Origin: Klebsormidium nitens | Lineage: Eukaryota; Plantae; Klebsormidiophyceae | Assembly (NCBI GenBank): GCA_000708835.1 | Contig: DF236976.1 | Location: 124,001-188,000, forward strand | Direction: 5' to 3' | Length of the DNA: 64,000 nucleotides | Shown: one piece after another, positions 1-13,332 of the stretch | Layout of the letters: every line of letters begins with the position of its first letter | Numbering within the stretch: position 1 is the stretch's first letter | Program-made: the position numbers and the translations under genes | The notes under the pieces: generated by a model | Seen by the model: the letters and a program-made list of their open reading frames with translations, nothing else | The model's database searches: none | What the model was told of the DNA's origin: nothing

Positions 1-328
1 GTACCTGAAAGGGTGCCCCTTCCGCTTGTGCTAGCACTCTGTTGGCACGCAAACTCCTAAGCTGGCAGCTCGCATATTCGCGCATGTTTGCACTAAGTTA
101 AATACGACGAGATCGTCAAGCTGGCACCGTGCCTACTTCGGTTGAGTTTACGTCACCATTGCCCTTTCATGTCAGCAAAATCTGCAAGCTCAGTCGGTCC
201 ACATAGCTCGAGCTTTCTCCATGCTTGCCGGCTTACTTAGTGGAAGAACTTTAGCGCAACTCCGATACCTGGCTATCCGACAGCTCGTGCCCCCAAAGGA
301 CGCAATTCACGCTGACTTTCTTCCGCAG

Positions 329-3300
329 GGACGCCTTTCTACACCAAGATCTGGGACGACTTCAGCACAATACACGTGGCACTCGGCATCCTGTGGCAGA
401 CCATCATTGTGTCGGTCACTTTGGGCGTCATCGTGACGCTGTTCCGGCTGGCCGTCTACCGCCGGTACCAGTCGCTGTTGGGGACCGGCAGTACCGTCTT
501 CTGGGCAGTCACCGCTGTGCTTTCGTTTGTGGCGCTCACGATCAAGCGGGTCCAGGACAGGGTGAGGGAGACAAAATCCTCGTCTTTGAGTTTCGACGAA
601 CAGCTGGCAGACTGTCTTGGTTTGGAATGGGGAGCAAAAGAATGCTCTTTAGGTCTTTGATTACACAAGGATCTCCCCAAAGACGGAATTATATGCATGG
701 ATACTCCGACGGGTAGTTCACTATCTATGTTGGCAGTGGATCTGCACGCGTTGTTGCAGGTTTGGGGTCCTCCATCTTTTGCTAAAGCAACGCTACGACT
801 GCAGATGTGCAATAGTGTCTGGCTTGAAGTCCTTACAGCAGCAAGAACTGCAGTCGTGAAGGCGTGACAAAGTGCCGTTTCCGTGCAGGTGTTCTACAAT
901 GGGAACCTGTACCACGACCCGCGCAAACCGTGGTCTGACACGATGCGCGCCCTGGTGGTCAATGCGGGAAAGCTGGACGAAGCGGCGCTTGCGCTCTCGA
1001 CTGAGCCCGTGGTGAGCGCGCAACTGCACCTGTAGCGATTGCGATCGAGGTCATGCTTTGCTCGGGTGTCTTGTGACTTACTTCGCTTCTTTTTGGAGTG
1101 GAGTCTTGACGGCGCTGAAAGTCTTAGCTCAGCCAATACTGGGAAGAGGGAACGGAAAAGGAGGAATACAGTTGAGTGAATCAAACTTCGACGGAACCGG
1201 ATTATGTTCATGCCAAAGAGGCGCGCAGCTAATGAAAAGTAAGGCTGCGTCTCCAGAGAACTTTGGAGGAGCTCCTCAACAAGTCGCGCCCTTATCCGCT
1301 CACCCATTGAAGAAGGGCCGGCGTTTTGAGAGGCTTTGAGGTCAGGCTTCTGCAAACGAGGACCTCAAGGTCCCGGAGGTGGTTGCAAGGAAATTGTAGG
1401 TCTGTATCCTTCCGCCAGTTGTCTGAGCAGCAAATGGCCCCGCCCGCCACCCAACTGACCAGGCACCTACTCCCGTTCTCTTGATTTACCAAAGTCGTTC
1501 AAGCTCGGACACCTCGCCGGCTGCTTTAAGATTTCAGAGTCGCCTGAGAGTGACAAGTCAACGAGACAGCCTACCAAACACCTGCAGAGCCCTTGAGCCT
1601 GTCATCAGTCCGACCTCATAACTGCGCTCACAACCGCCCTCTGACATGCTCGGACTCCTCTCTTTCCTTCGCAGGTGCGCGCATACCTCCTCCCCCAGAT
1701 CCGCTTCTACCTGGACCCCGCCCCGTGGTCCACGTGGCAGTACCCCATTGGCCGCACGTGGTACAAGACGCTGGCCATCTGGTACGACGACGTGTGGCTC
1801 GTCGTGTGGAACACGCTCTTTTCGCTGCTGCTCCTGCTGCGCTGGATGGCCAACTTCCTGCTCGTGCCGCTGCTCTCTGAGTCCACGCTCAAGCTGCTCA
1901 TCACCATGTCCTTCGGCCTGCAAAACGTGAGGGATTCCTGCCAACCGGCCCTGCTCTTTGCGCCTGGTGCGGTCTCGCCTCTCAAGAGAGAAGCAGAAGC
2001 TCTATTGCACCCCCTTCTCGCTCCAGGTTACTCGTCACCATGTTCTTGGGATCGCAAGACATGAGCGCATTGGGAGATTCGCTCTTTCAGCGCGGTCTGC
2101 TGTTGCCGCCATGGCTCTCAGGATTCTCGTCCACACAATAGCTGCTGCTTCGACGCCCTCTTTTCCCAAGATTTGTCCTGCGGATCCAATCGCTTGTTGC
2201 CGCTACTTTTGGCTCGTAACATGGCCACTCTAGGCCGCTTTTTCAATGCTCTATGTAGTGCCTCTGCCGACTTTGTATCGTCAAGCAACAAAGACTATCA
2301 TCTTTCAGCTCGAGACAACGCTTACACGTGAGAGTGGAAAAGATTGATTGCTTGCCTCCGCTCTTCCACATCGCCCGTGGGGCGTCTTCCTGCCCTTCCT
2401 CATCTACAAGCGAGCAGGAGCGTGCATGTCCTTATTCGTGGCGAGGACAAATGCTTTCAAAACCTGTACCATCTCCAGATGTCAGCACCAAACGTACACC
2501 AGGCCCAATGTTTCCGCATGTTATTTCTCTTTCAGGGCGAGCTGGACAATGCGCACATCTATGCGGGGGAGCGCCTGGAGCTGCCCTCCAACACGCACAA
2601 GTACCAGCACTGGAACGTGCAGCAACTGTTTGCCGCCGAGGAATCCTTTGCGCCGTTCATCGAGGCCGTCGAGGAAGCCGCGGGCAGCGACGATCCCTCG
2701 GAACTAGAGGCCGCGGGCCACGCCGCGACCGTGATCGCCGAGGACGCCCCTGCGGCGGTCGACGGAATGTTGGCGGAACGGAACGGAATGGCGGCGGAAC
2801 GAGGAGAGGGCGGAACGGGGACGGAAGGTAGGACTGAGTTGTCGGAAGTGAAACAGGACAGTGCCGCACCCGATCCGACCGGGGACGTTGGAGAAGAGAG
2901 GGACGGGTCTGCGGGAGCAACGGCCGACTTCGGAGCGGATTCCGGGCGGAACGACATTCCGTTGCCCCCGGTTGTTGAGGCGCCCCCGACCGAGATGCGC
3001 GAGTCTTGGATGGAGAAGCACACGATGGAGGAGAAGCTCGGCAACGTTTTGCGGCATGGATCGGTCAGCGGGCTCATCATGGCTGAGGCCGACCGGAAGG
3101 AACAAGAAGAGAACGGAACAGCGGAACACACTGCTGTCTCAGAAAGCGGGGGCCAGAAGATCGTGGAAGACGCGTCGAACGGAAGCCTGGGCGCCGGCGC
3201 TTCGACCCTTTCTGAGCCGCAGAACAGCGCTAGCGGGCTGCGGCATCGGAGCGTGCACAAGAACGGCAGTGGTAACGCCAACGGCAACGGTAAAGGTGGG

Positions 3301-5171
3301 GTGGATACCGGCGAGTTGGAGGCTCATGCGGTGCAGTCGGCTGCAAAGGAGCCGGACAAGGGAAAGGAAACGAAGGAAGAGGAGGGCATGGATCTGGAGA
3401 GCCGCAACCGGCGGCGCGAGTATCTGCAGCGGTACCGTTTCCTGTGGGACGATCAAGTGCTCGAGGTAAGGTTGACTGTGACACTCTTTTGCCCAGCGTG
3501 AGTCCCTCTTACCCTCAAGGTTGCGCATCGGTCATGATTTCTTAAAACGACCCAGAAAGTGAAGGGAGGGAGGAATGAAATCAAAACATGAATTCGAAGG
3601 AAGACGGGAGCTGAGAATGGCGAAGAGCTTTCTCTGCGTTTGAAATAATTGATTTCTGAAAGGGTCCTCTCTCCGATCGACAATCCCCTCGACAACTGAG
3701 CAGCCTGGAGATCACGACCTTGACTTCGTTGTGCCCGTATGTGCCGTTCCGTGTCGAGGTCTTGTGCCTATCAACTTACATCTTAGTTGCCTCAAACAGT
3801 CCCTGTTTTCGATTTTTACCGTCTGATTTCTCACGCGGTTTCCCAAGCGGATAACTTGTTGCTTCCAAAGCGTAGCCCAATAGCGTGCACAATATTCGTG
3901 CCTTCACTTTCCTCCACCTCGCAGTCGCAATGTTGAAGACGATTGGATATCTCCTTGTCAAAGACAGCAGTGGGGCGAGCAAAGAACCCACCCGCTCAAT
4001 GAGCACTTTTTCTTGGCCCAGCGCTCCAAAGCAGCATCTCTGGGCAGTGATCCGTAGCCGCAGCATTACCGGCTGGTCGTCCTTGATTTTTTGCATCTCG
4101 TTCTAGTTGTCTCTTAAGTTGACTACGTGTCGCCCTGCAGGAGAAAGCGCGGAGGTCCGAGACGCTGAAGCGCCTGCGAGCGCAGCGCACCAAGATGAGC
4201 CGCCACCCGACGTCATCCGCCGACGCCTTTGACCGCGAGCTCAAGGTCACGTGCGTCATGCTGGAGGAGCGGATCAAGGTACGTGTCTCCCTCCTAACGA
4301 ACCAAAGATGCGAAGTTACTTGATTTTGACCATCATATGGGCGACTGTTCACTTGTCGCTCTTACAATGGAGCATCAGATTTGGTCCTTAGTCGAGGAGC
4401 TTCTTTTCGAGGGGAAAGGCCACGAGCATGTCTTCAGGCATAAAATAAGTGCTCGTGTCTTCTTAGAGACTTTTGATCATTGCACGAGTTTTTTTTTCCC
4501 GGGGTCTATCGGGTCGGCGAAAGAACGTACTTTTATCTGGAAATACTGCCCGTGGAGTTTGTAGGCGTGCCGCTCTCCTTCTGTCAAGAAATAATTGATA
4601 AGCGTTTCAAAAGTCGATGAGCGTCTCAAAGCGCGACAGATATGATCGACGAACGCAATCCCGGCGGAAGTGCATCGAACCAAAACGTTTGTAGAGAGTT
4701 GTGGGCGGTGGCCGACCTCATTTCTGGCGGTGTACATTCCGTCATTGTGACCAAGCTCAAATCTCTCTGCAGGAGATGACGGGACGTGTCGAACTGGCTC
4801 ATGGGTGCTACTTCAGGAATCCGGTGAGTCCGTGTCGACTTTCCGCAATCCATTCTTGCTCGATGCTGTGCCATTATTTTTCCCGAAGAGGAGGAGGATC
4901 TGTGCTTGCTCTGAAGTTGCGCTTCGCTTTTGAACGCCAACGCAGGACGAGCCCCCCAAAAAGTTGGTGAAGCATCTTACAGAGACGTGCTAGACATTTG
5001 GCTTAAATTGACGGCAGCGCTAAAGCCACATATCTGTCGACTTTGCTCCTCAATCGTCTTATTCCACGACCTTTTTCTTCTCTTGTGAAGGACGTTATCG
5101 AAGCGACTGCCAAGTTTTTGGCGACCGGAAAGCTCCCGAAGAAGGCGACCAGGCTCGGCCTGGTCAACTAA
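329..5171 (+). CDS. Multi-exon membrane protein, 5'-partial; possible alpha/beta-hydrolase with transmembrane insertions
   Basis: Frame-compatible GT-AG exons at about 329-561 (GTPFYTKIWDDF...hydrophobic ILWQTIIVSVTLGVIVTLF), 889-1010 (VFYNGNLYHDP...VVNAGKLDEAALAL), 1675-1927 (hydrophobic VWLVVWNTLFSLLLLLRWMANFLLVPLL), 2535-3465 (acidic low-complexity), 4140-4278, 4772-4823 (ELAHGCYFRNP) and 5091-5171 (DVIEATAKFLATG...LVN*). The start lies upstream of the window. The function is a guess. Confidence 0.7.
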
Positions 5172-6291
5172 GGAGTGGTCGCCATAGTGTTTGTGAGTCT
5201 TGTTGGAGGCATTACTAGACTGCCTTTACCGAAGCGCTTGCGGAGTTGCAAAAGTGCGCATGAGGTCGTGTTGCTACGTGGACTTTTAGCTCTCGAAGAT
5301 CAAGGTAATTAGCTCGCTATCAAGCACGCAGAGCTGGGCTACAAAGTAAGTATATATGTATGGGGTTAGGAGCCTGTCGGCTCTCGGTTACCGAGATCAT
5401 ATCGCTCGCACTACGCTACATAATATGTCTCGTTTGTGACCTTGGCCGCAGGACGGAAAGTCCTCGTTGTGTTTTAGAAAGTGAGTGCTAAAGTAGGACG
5501 TACGCTAGGTAGGTCTGCAACCACTTGCTTCGTCGGCAGAACGTTCGTTGCATTGTACGTTATCTAAACCTGAGAAAGACAATTGTTGGCACGTTTTGGA
5601 CCGGGTTGTTTGCGCCGATCGGACCTGACTGCCAGGCCACACCCACAGCTTTGCAGGGCCCGGCCGCGTGGCATCTTGGCTGCCACAGATCTTGTCTCCG
5701 AAAGCAACATAAGCAAAACAAAACGTGTATAGTGAAGCAGACCGAGGCATGAAACGGTTCGCACGGCTCTATACAGTTCTTATATACCATGTCCATCAAC
5801 AGTTGCAGTTCGTCGTGCGCACATGCGTCTAGCTGGGGACGTGCAGTCCGTATGTGTGCCTACAAGCTACAAGTGACACGTTTGGCATTATGATAGCGCT
5901 CAATACTATATTTGAAAAGCATGCATGCGGCTAATCATTGTGACGCGGCCCACACTGAATCGTCATAGTATGACAGTATATGTGCCGTGCAGACTACAGC
6001 ATATGCTCTCTTCAGCCTCTGCACATGATCTCCGTAACGATCTCCGTATCAAGCAGCTAACTTGCATGACGCGTGGAGTTACAAGCAGCGCGCAGCTCAC
6101 TGCTGGTTCCCAACCAAGAAAAAGGTGGTGTTTTCCGATGCAATAAGCACAGCAATCCTTGGATACCCTACTCCGTTGGAGGTCTGCAACGTAGGTAAAG
6201 TTTCGTTTGGAAGGGGGCTCTGATCTGCTATCCTCGTTCATTGTATCTTGCAGATCCCGTCTTTTTTGAGACGGAAGCTACTGCACGTATC

Positions 6292-8544
6292 CTACGTCTC
6301 TGAGCCAGGCGGCTTTAGATTGCATGCGGCGGGAACAACGATCACCGGCACGCTGAGATTGTGCACAAAGTATTCGCTTACGCTGCCCAGAAGAAGCCTG
6401 CAACGAGAAAGCTCGAAAGTAAAGCACGATCCAGGGCGCTCAGAGTATTCATGTTAGAGATCTTACGGTGTCAATGTCTCCGCTCCCTTTCACGGAATCT
6501 CAGGTTTCATTTGACAAGAAGCGCATTCCGACCCGCTCGACGCTGCGACTTTCAAATCAAAGCAGATGCGGGATGTTCAAGACCAAAGATTGCGGGGTGA
6601 TTAAAGCAAGTCCGGTGAGCTCGAACTCCTGGCGGGGTAACGTACAAAAGAGCGAGCTTTCGGACCTCGCTTAGGACGTGTTGATAAGATGGCAAGGTTG
6701 AGACGTCTACAAATTCTTCTCGCATACTCGGAAATTCTGAAAGTGCACCTCGCTCCCTGTAATGGCCTCGCTTGGAAGAATATTATCTATGCACGTTGCT
6801 GCGGTTCCATCAGGATGTCACGTACACGATTTGCCGAAGCCCGCCAAAAGCACGGAACTGTAGACAACGAGATTTCCCAGGTTCCTCTTCTCCAGACTGG
6901 ATTCCCGCCATTCTAGCTCCTCAGAAGTCAGCCTCTCCTCCGCTCGGCACCCGTCGCTGCTGTCGAGATACTTCCTCATCGTTGGCATGACGTGGCAATC
7001 ACGAAGGAGGTTCAACATTTTTGAGGTATTTGAGTACTCGACCACGCAAAACAGTTGCGAAACGCGGTTCCTACCTGTCCACTTTGCTCATTCCGCGGCT
7101 GCCCACAACCACAACGTCCACCGGCTGCTCGGCGATGAACTTGGGGATTGCCCACCCGGGGTCGCCCGAAAGTACCGTGGTTTGGCACGGAACCTGAGAT
7201 AAAAAGCGGTTTGTTGGGCGACCAGGCAAACACAGCTGGTCGAATCTCTGAAGGTGCAAGTGCAGCTTCCAGTCAACGCGTGCTGTTGCCAACCAGTAGC
7301 GTTATTCAAAGAAGCAAACAATGGACTTTGAATCTATTTTCGAAGTTGAGCAAAGATGAATCTCCGCCCCTTGACGTACTCCTGCTAGAGACTCTGCCAA
7401 GATTGACTAACAGACGGAGTCTCGGGCAATGACTGGGCTTAATTCACAAGCTCACCGGGACCTCCTTTGACAGCTCCCCCAGTTTCTGCATTCGGTCGCG
7501 CGACCTGCGCTCCTCCTCCTCGTGGATGACGTCGCCTTGCGACTCGAACAAAGGCACGAGCTCAGCTGCAGAATTGGAAATTGAGATACTCTTTGACGGC
7601 TGTATAGCGCAGCAGAAGGTGACGACGTGGCTGAATGCAAAGCTGTGTCTGCCGTAACTATCTTCGAGGCTGGCAGCCTCTTGCCGAGGTCCAGCGAAGA
7701 GTCTTCTGGTCTTGCAGAAAAGCTGATTGAGAGGGGGGTAAAAGTGCGATGTCGTTGCCCTTTCTACCTGGGTTACGGCCTGATCGTTTCCTAAGGAGCT
7801 CTCTCCCTTTGCTTTGCTTCAGAGGCGACACTGCGCCTGTTCACTTTCCAAACGTTTCGGCATAGTGCCGATGATGGCTCGACCTTATTGTATGTTGCTT
7901 CGAGGGATCGGACAAATCCTCATTGTGGAGTCCTCGACCTTTGAACGTACCGATGAGGGAAGCTCATCAGGTTGACACTGCAGCTTGAAACATAGCTCTG
8001 TTTTTTAGAACCAGCAGTCAGATCCACTTGGATCGAAGCAGCAAACTAAAGCATTCTGATAAGGTAGGATCTGCTAATGTGATGTCCTGTAAATGGTCGA
8101 CTGTAATGCCTGAAACTAAGCAGTATCTCGTGTGTATTGTGGGCACTTCTGCTACGTCTGAAAAATAAAAGACCGGACACTCCTAAATGCCTTCGCCATG
8201 AGGGCCCAAAACATAGTAGTTGCCAGAGGTTTTATCTACATAAGCTTGACGGAATGGAGCGGAAAGGAGCGGAATGGAACGGAAGTTAGCGCACGGTTGC
8301 ACGGCTTGCAAGCCGTGACGAGGACGACGCTGTCCCCGCGCTCCCGAACCACCAGCTTCTCGACAAGGAACTTGAGCCCATTCATTGACCCGTCAGAGCC
8401 GTCGATCGCGCACAGCAGCCGCACCCCGCGGCCGGCTTCCGCGGCCGGGGTTTCGAGAGGGTTGTGCGCCGGGGGTTGGGGATAGTCGTGCGCCGCTCCA
8501 AAGGGTGCTGCGCTGCTTTGCGTCCCCTCGGAGCTAGCGGCCAT
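6292..8544 (-). CDS. Universal stress protein A-like (USP), copy 1, 4 exons
   Basis: Exon 1 8544-8295 (MAASSEG...RLLCAIDGSDGSMNGLKFLVEKLVVRERGDSVVLVTAC). Exon 2 ~7565-7456 (PELVPLFESQGDVIHEEEERRSRDRMQKLGELSKEVP). Exon 3 ~7194-7073 (VPCQTTVLSGDPGWAIPKFIAEQPVDVVVVGSRGMSKVD). Exon 4 ~6397-6292 (LLLGSVSEYFVHNLSVPVIVVP...ET*). The ATP-binding USP motif G-2x-G-9x-GS is present. Confidence 0.92.
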
Positions 8545-9795
8545 GATGTGGAAAAGACCAAAAAAGATTGGGGCCACTTCCAAGGGGAAATCAGCTGGGG
8601 CAAGCTGACCGCCTTTTCTTTCACCGGGAGCGACGACAAAAGAGCTGCGTGCAATGAGATTCAAACTTATAGCGTGGCCTTCGGAGAGCCAGGCTCTCAA
8701 ATTGACGATTCCCTCACGATTAGTCGAAGTTCCTGCCTGATGAGGAGGAGAATTGGGAGGGGAATTATAAGCTTGTAGCTCGAAATTGCACAACCATTGC
8801 GCCCTATACTGTACCCCGCTGTGAGTTGTACGCGTTTCCTCGCCTTGCTGCGCCATAGCGTCGTAGTTTACGGGACCGCCCCTTCCCCTTTCGCGAATCT
8901 GAGCCAGATCCGGTTTGAGCGCGGCGCCACGTCAGCAGATCTATAGGAAACCGGGTAATACGCGCCTCGCTTCGAGCTGGTTTGCATTAGTTGGACTCCA
9001 AGATAGAGCACCATCGGACTCTCTGCGCTTCTCGTGCGAAGTCAAAGAGCGGTTACAGCGGGCGTTTCCGAAATCGGTGCATGCCGGTTATAAAAGCGGC
9101 ATTCCTCAGGCGGAGACGCTCATTAATCTCGGTCCAGCAGTGGGCGTGTCAGCCAGTAGCCTTTCGTAACCCACTGCTTCGCTGAAAACGGAGCCTCGTG
9201 CGCGCCAAATATGAAGGGATTTAAACCAGCAGGTACTACTCATCATATCTTATAATAAGCTATGTTTTTATCAACTCAGCTTCGTAATTTAGGCGAGCGC
9301 CGTCCTTTGGCATTCTAAAGCTGATCATGAGCACTACTCGGAGCAGCTGGTGTCACGTGCGCCGGGCTGCAATCGAATCAAGATGAATGCATGGGCCATG
9401 GATGCAGAACTGAACCTCGGGCTAAAATTCAAGGAGAAATCCATGAAAAACGCGACTGATCTTATTGATTTTAGTTACGTAGATCGCCAGACAGGATTTA
9501 TAGGACTCACTCCTCTTCACTTGACACGATTTGAAGCCACCTGTTCTATTCTGACATCAAAAACACCGAGACAGGCAGACCAATCTATGTACATCAGCCT
9601 TTCGCCTAGGCCGCAGCTATGTTTGTATTTCAAACATGGCTCGCAGGCTTGAGGTCGTCCTAGCCGTCATTGCCTTCCAATGTGAAGTCATCTCGAAACT
9701 TGGGACCCCCCTTTCCTGACAACACTTATTCAACCAAGGGCTCCTTTGTAATTCACACGTGACTCGTCGGGCTAAGCTCCCCCGCCAGACCAGAA

Positions 9796-12061
9796 TCACG
9801 GCTTCGCACGCGGAGGGGAGACCACCAGTACCGGCACGCTGAGATGGTGCACCAAATGGCTGCTCACGCTGCCGAGAAACAGCCTGCAAATGGGGGGCTG
9901 GTTATGCTAGAGACAGCGTCCCCCCACCTTTGAAATGATGCATCAGCAAGTTCATCTGGTTTTTCTGAACCCCTGGGACGAAGCTGAGTGGGACGTTCAA
10001 TGTTCAACCAAATACCGTGCAGAAAGGTCCGACGTAAGACAGGTGCGAGGCAGAGAGTCAAGCTGCAGCTACCTGTGACAAGCGCAGATACGAAAGGAGA
10101 AAGGAGTTGGAAGCAAAAGAGCAATCGAAGCCTCTGGAACGGCAAACAAGGGCTTCGAAGGTACCAGAGCATTGAGCAAGCTCTGCGAGAGTCTTGTCGT
10201 CATCACCGATTTCAAAAAAATGCACGTGAAACAGCAGATAGCAAAAAATGTGTGGTGGAAGGGCCTTGCTTGCGAGGATCTTCTGCGAAGATGACTGTTC
10301 CGAGATGTCTCGTCAGCTGAAAAAGATGCGGGGTTTGTTGGCAAAGCCTATTGAATCGAAGCGCGTTAAATACTGGGCAATCGACATTCTTCTTCCATAC
10401 TTCGATTTCTTCCGTGCATCATCCATAGTACCCTCTGAGCCTTCAAAAACATCGTCGATCGGATTGGCAGCATTGTCGTCGAAGAGCTGATAGAAGCGGG
10501 ATTAGTTCTAGATTTCCGCTCCGAAACAATCACCGAGATTTGTACCTTTGCATCGGGCCCAATCCGCGACTGCCAACTGCCACAATCTCCACCGGGTGCT
10601 CCGAGATGAACTTGGGGATAACCTCACGCGGGTCGCCCGTAGCAACCACAACTTCGCAGGGCACCTGCAGCAAGAAGCGCTCGGTTGGGTGACCACGTAC
10701 GTCCTCAGGAAATGGCCAGTATGAGGAGGCGTTTGAAGCCAAATTTCCAGCAAATCGGGGGACCCAGGTTCGACCCGTAAGGACGAAGAAAGTCTAGCAA
10801 CCGGAATCATTGCGTCGCGGCCAAAAGATGGTCACAACCAAGGGCGATAATGCAGCATCGAACAGACAAGTTGATTCCATGTTACAAAGCGAAGGAGCAC
10901 TGGCCAGCCTAAGACGTTCATCAGCTGAGAGTTGGTGTCTATGCTTCTAATCAAATGGATAGGTCGATGGACCTCGGAGTAAGCGCAGACGTCATCTACA
11001 AGGCTCACCATTACGATTGCGTCAGAATTCAGCTTCAGTGAGGCAAGTCTTCGAAGTAGCAAGGCCTCAAATCTACGGAAGTTCTAGTCGAGCAGAAGTA
11101 GCTCGCGGGGTGTTCACACCGTCGAGCTCACATTGATTGCACTCGCCAGCTCTCCCAATTTTTGCAGCTGCTGGCGGCTTCGGCGTTCCTCCTCTTCCTG
11201 GACCATCTTGCGTTGCAGGTCGTTGATGAAAATGAGGTCAGCTGCGGAGAAATTAAGAGGCACGATTTATTTTGCAGCATCGCCCACGTGGCTCAAAGAG
11301 TGAGTTCAAACTGTGTAGCCCTTTCAAAGCTGTAGCTGGTAGCATCTCTGATTCATGTAGGACGTACTTTTGTGAAAGTAAAAGTCAAAACCCGTTCTCT
11401 TGATTTCGTGTGGTTGAAGGTCAAAGCGTCGACTTGTTTCTCCAACGTTCGAATATCAAACCGGCTTTGATTGGAACCATCAACGTTTCTAGAAAAGAGG
11501 ACATTGAGCATAAAGTTTCAGAGTTCTGGATAGTACAATATGACCCATTTTTCCATGTTCCAAAGTGTGCTGGCCTCTTCAGTACTCAATGCTCAGAAAG
11601 GCTGCTCCTGTAAGCAGGCACGGACCCTCGTTCAGTGCTTCAACTCCTCGCTATTTTGCCAAAGGAATATAAAGGGCTGGATTTGAACCCCGCAAGAAAT
11701 TGTTTCTTTGTTTCTCCAACAGTTTCGAAGCACACTGAGGGCAAACATGTGCAAAGTGCACTCAAACACGATTGAAGAGATTCGGCGGCAAGAACGCACG
11801 ATAGAATCGGGATTCCGGTTCCATGGGCTCACGGCTGAGCTGCTTGCACGCCTCAAATAGGACGATGCTATCTCCCCGCTCCGCAACAACCATCTTCTCA
11901 AGAAGAAACTTGAAAGCAGCCTTGGAACCTTCAGAACCGTCAATCGCGCACAAGAATCGCTGCCCACTAGCCGGGTGCGGCTGCTCTGGGGTTTGGACAG
12001 GTGGCGACTTCGCCGCCTCCGGCTCTTGTTCTTTGTGGGCGCTGATACCAGCGTCAGCCAT
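9796..12061 (-). CDS. Universal stress protein A-like (USP), copy 2, 4 exons
   Basis: Exon 1 12061-11833 (MADAGISAH...RFLCAIDGSEGSKAAFKFLLEKMVVAERGDSIVLFEAC). Exon 2 ~11242-11133 (PDLIFINDLQRKMVQEEEERRSRQQLQKLGELASAIN). Exon 3 ~10664-10543 (VPCEVVVATGDPREVIPKFISEHPVEIVAVGSRGLGPMQ). Exon 4 ~9883-9796 (LFLGSVSSHLVHHLSVPVLVVSPPRAKP*). Intron positions match copy 1. Confidence 0.92.
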
Positions 12062-13332
12062 GATGGCTCCTGCAAGCAATATGTACTCCTCAATGGAGCC
12101 AGCTGGACGTGGCACCGGGAATCCGTATCAGTCGTCTCTAACCGTTGCTCTAGCTTCTTACCGGACAGCTACTGTGCAGCAAGCGGGGAACATTCAGCAC
12201 GTCCAGCATTCGAAGCTCAATGAAGAAACCTTTTGCGGTGCTCGAGATCCTCGAAGTGACAAAACCCGGGACGAGCAGAAACCATTGTTCCGGCCTGAGT
12301 AACAGACTCATTGTCTCAGAGCCTCAGAGTCTCAGAGCCACTGGTTCAGAACATGGAACCAGTAAACTGCATGATGATGCGGACTCGGGTGGTTGAAGCG
12401 TTCAGGCTGACCTGTGTGCTATGCTGCCACGTCGGACTGGACTCGGTCAATATGTCATGATCGAAAGGGACTTCACCGCAGCTGGTTTGCAGGTGCACCG
12501 TTGACCGGGTCGTCCGGATCGCGGTCGCGAAACCCCCCCCCTAGTCAATACGTCGAACGCCGATCTCCCAGCACCGGCGGGGTTTGCATGAAAATCCAGC
12601 TAAGTTAAGATACCTTTATGCATCCTGGTTTGCTCGCTCGTTTCGCGGCTGCATCGTTTTTCCTTAACACAGTGTTCAGCTCTCGAACGATCCTTCCAAC
12701 CCTGTTCTGTGCATGATGCTTATTGAGTTGACATGCCTATATCGGCGATGATCACGATCCGAATTTGGAATATTCAAAGCGGCTGTATGTGTTCATGAGA
12801 ACTCAACATCTCTTTGGCTTGTACGGAAAAGAAATTCTCCAAAACCCGACCAGCACCCCATGCTGCCAGGAGAAGTAACAACCAGTGTTGCAGCATCGGG
12901 CTGTCATCGGGGCTGGACATGGCATGAAAGAAGCAGCGTGTGTTTTTTCATTTTAGCTTACAGATTCCCGACGGCCACATGAGTGACATCATCTTGAAAG
13001 AATGGTTCTACTCAGTCGACTTTTCTCTGTATGGTGGGGCAAGAGTGCTGTGACTGCGTTGCAGGCAATGAAGAAAAACCTTCATCGGCAATCTGGCAGA
13101 CGTGCTCGGCAGCCACAACTTCAAATATGCACAGGCCAATGGTGAATTAGAACACATTATCGTACCGCAACGCAGATTCAGTATCAAATCGAGCTTGACA
13201 AGTTCAAGAACTTCTATGATTGCGCTATCAAAATCTGGCTTCACGTCGGCTCTTCGACCTGTAACACTACTTCCACAGCAACTGGTATAGTACATGTCAA
13301 CACGCTTTCAACCCAACTCGTCTGTTACAACT

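Noticed and set aside
2559-3287. 242-aa minus-strand ORF, and similar long antisense ORFs such as 60726-61334
   Set aside because: Shadows of GC-rich low-complexity exons on the opposite strand; no independent motifs.
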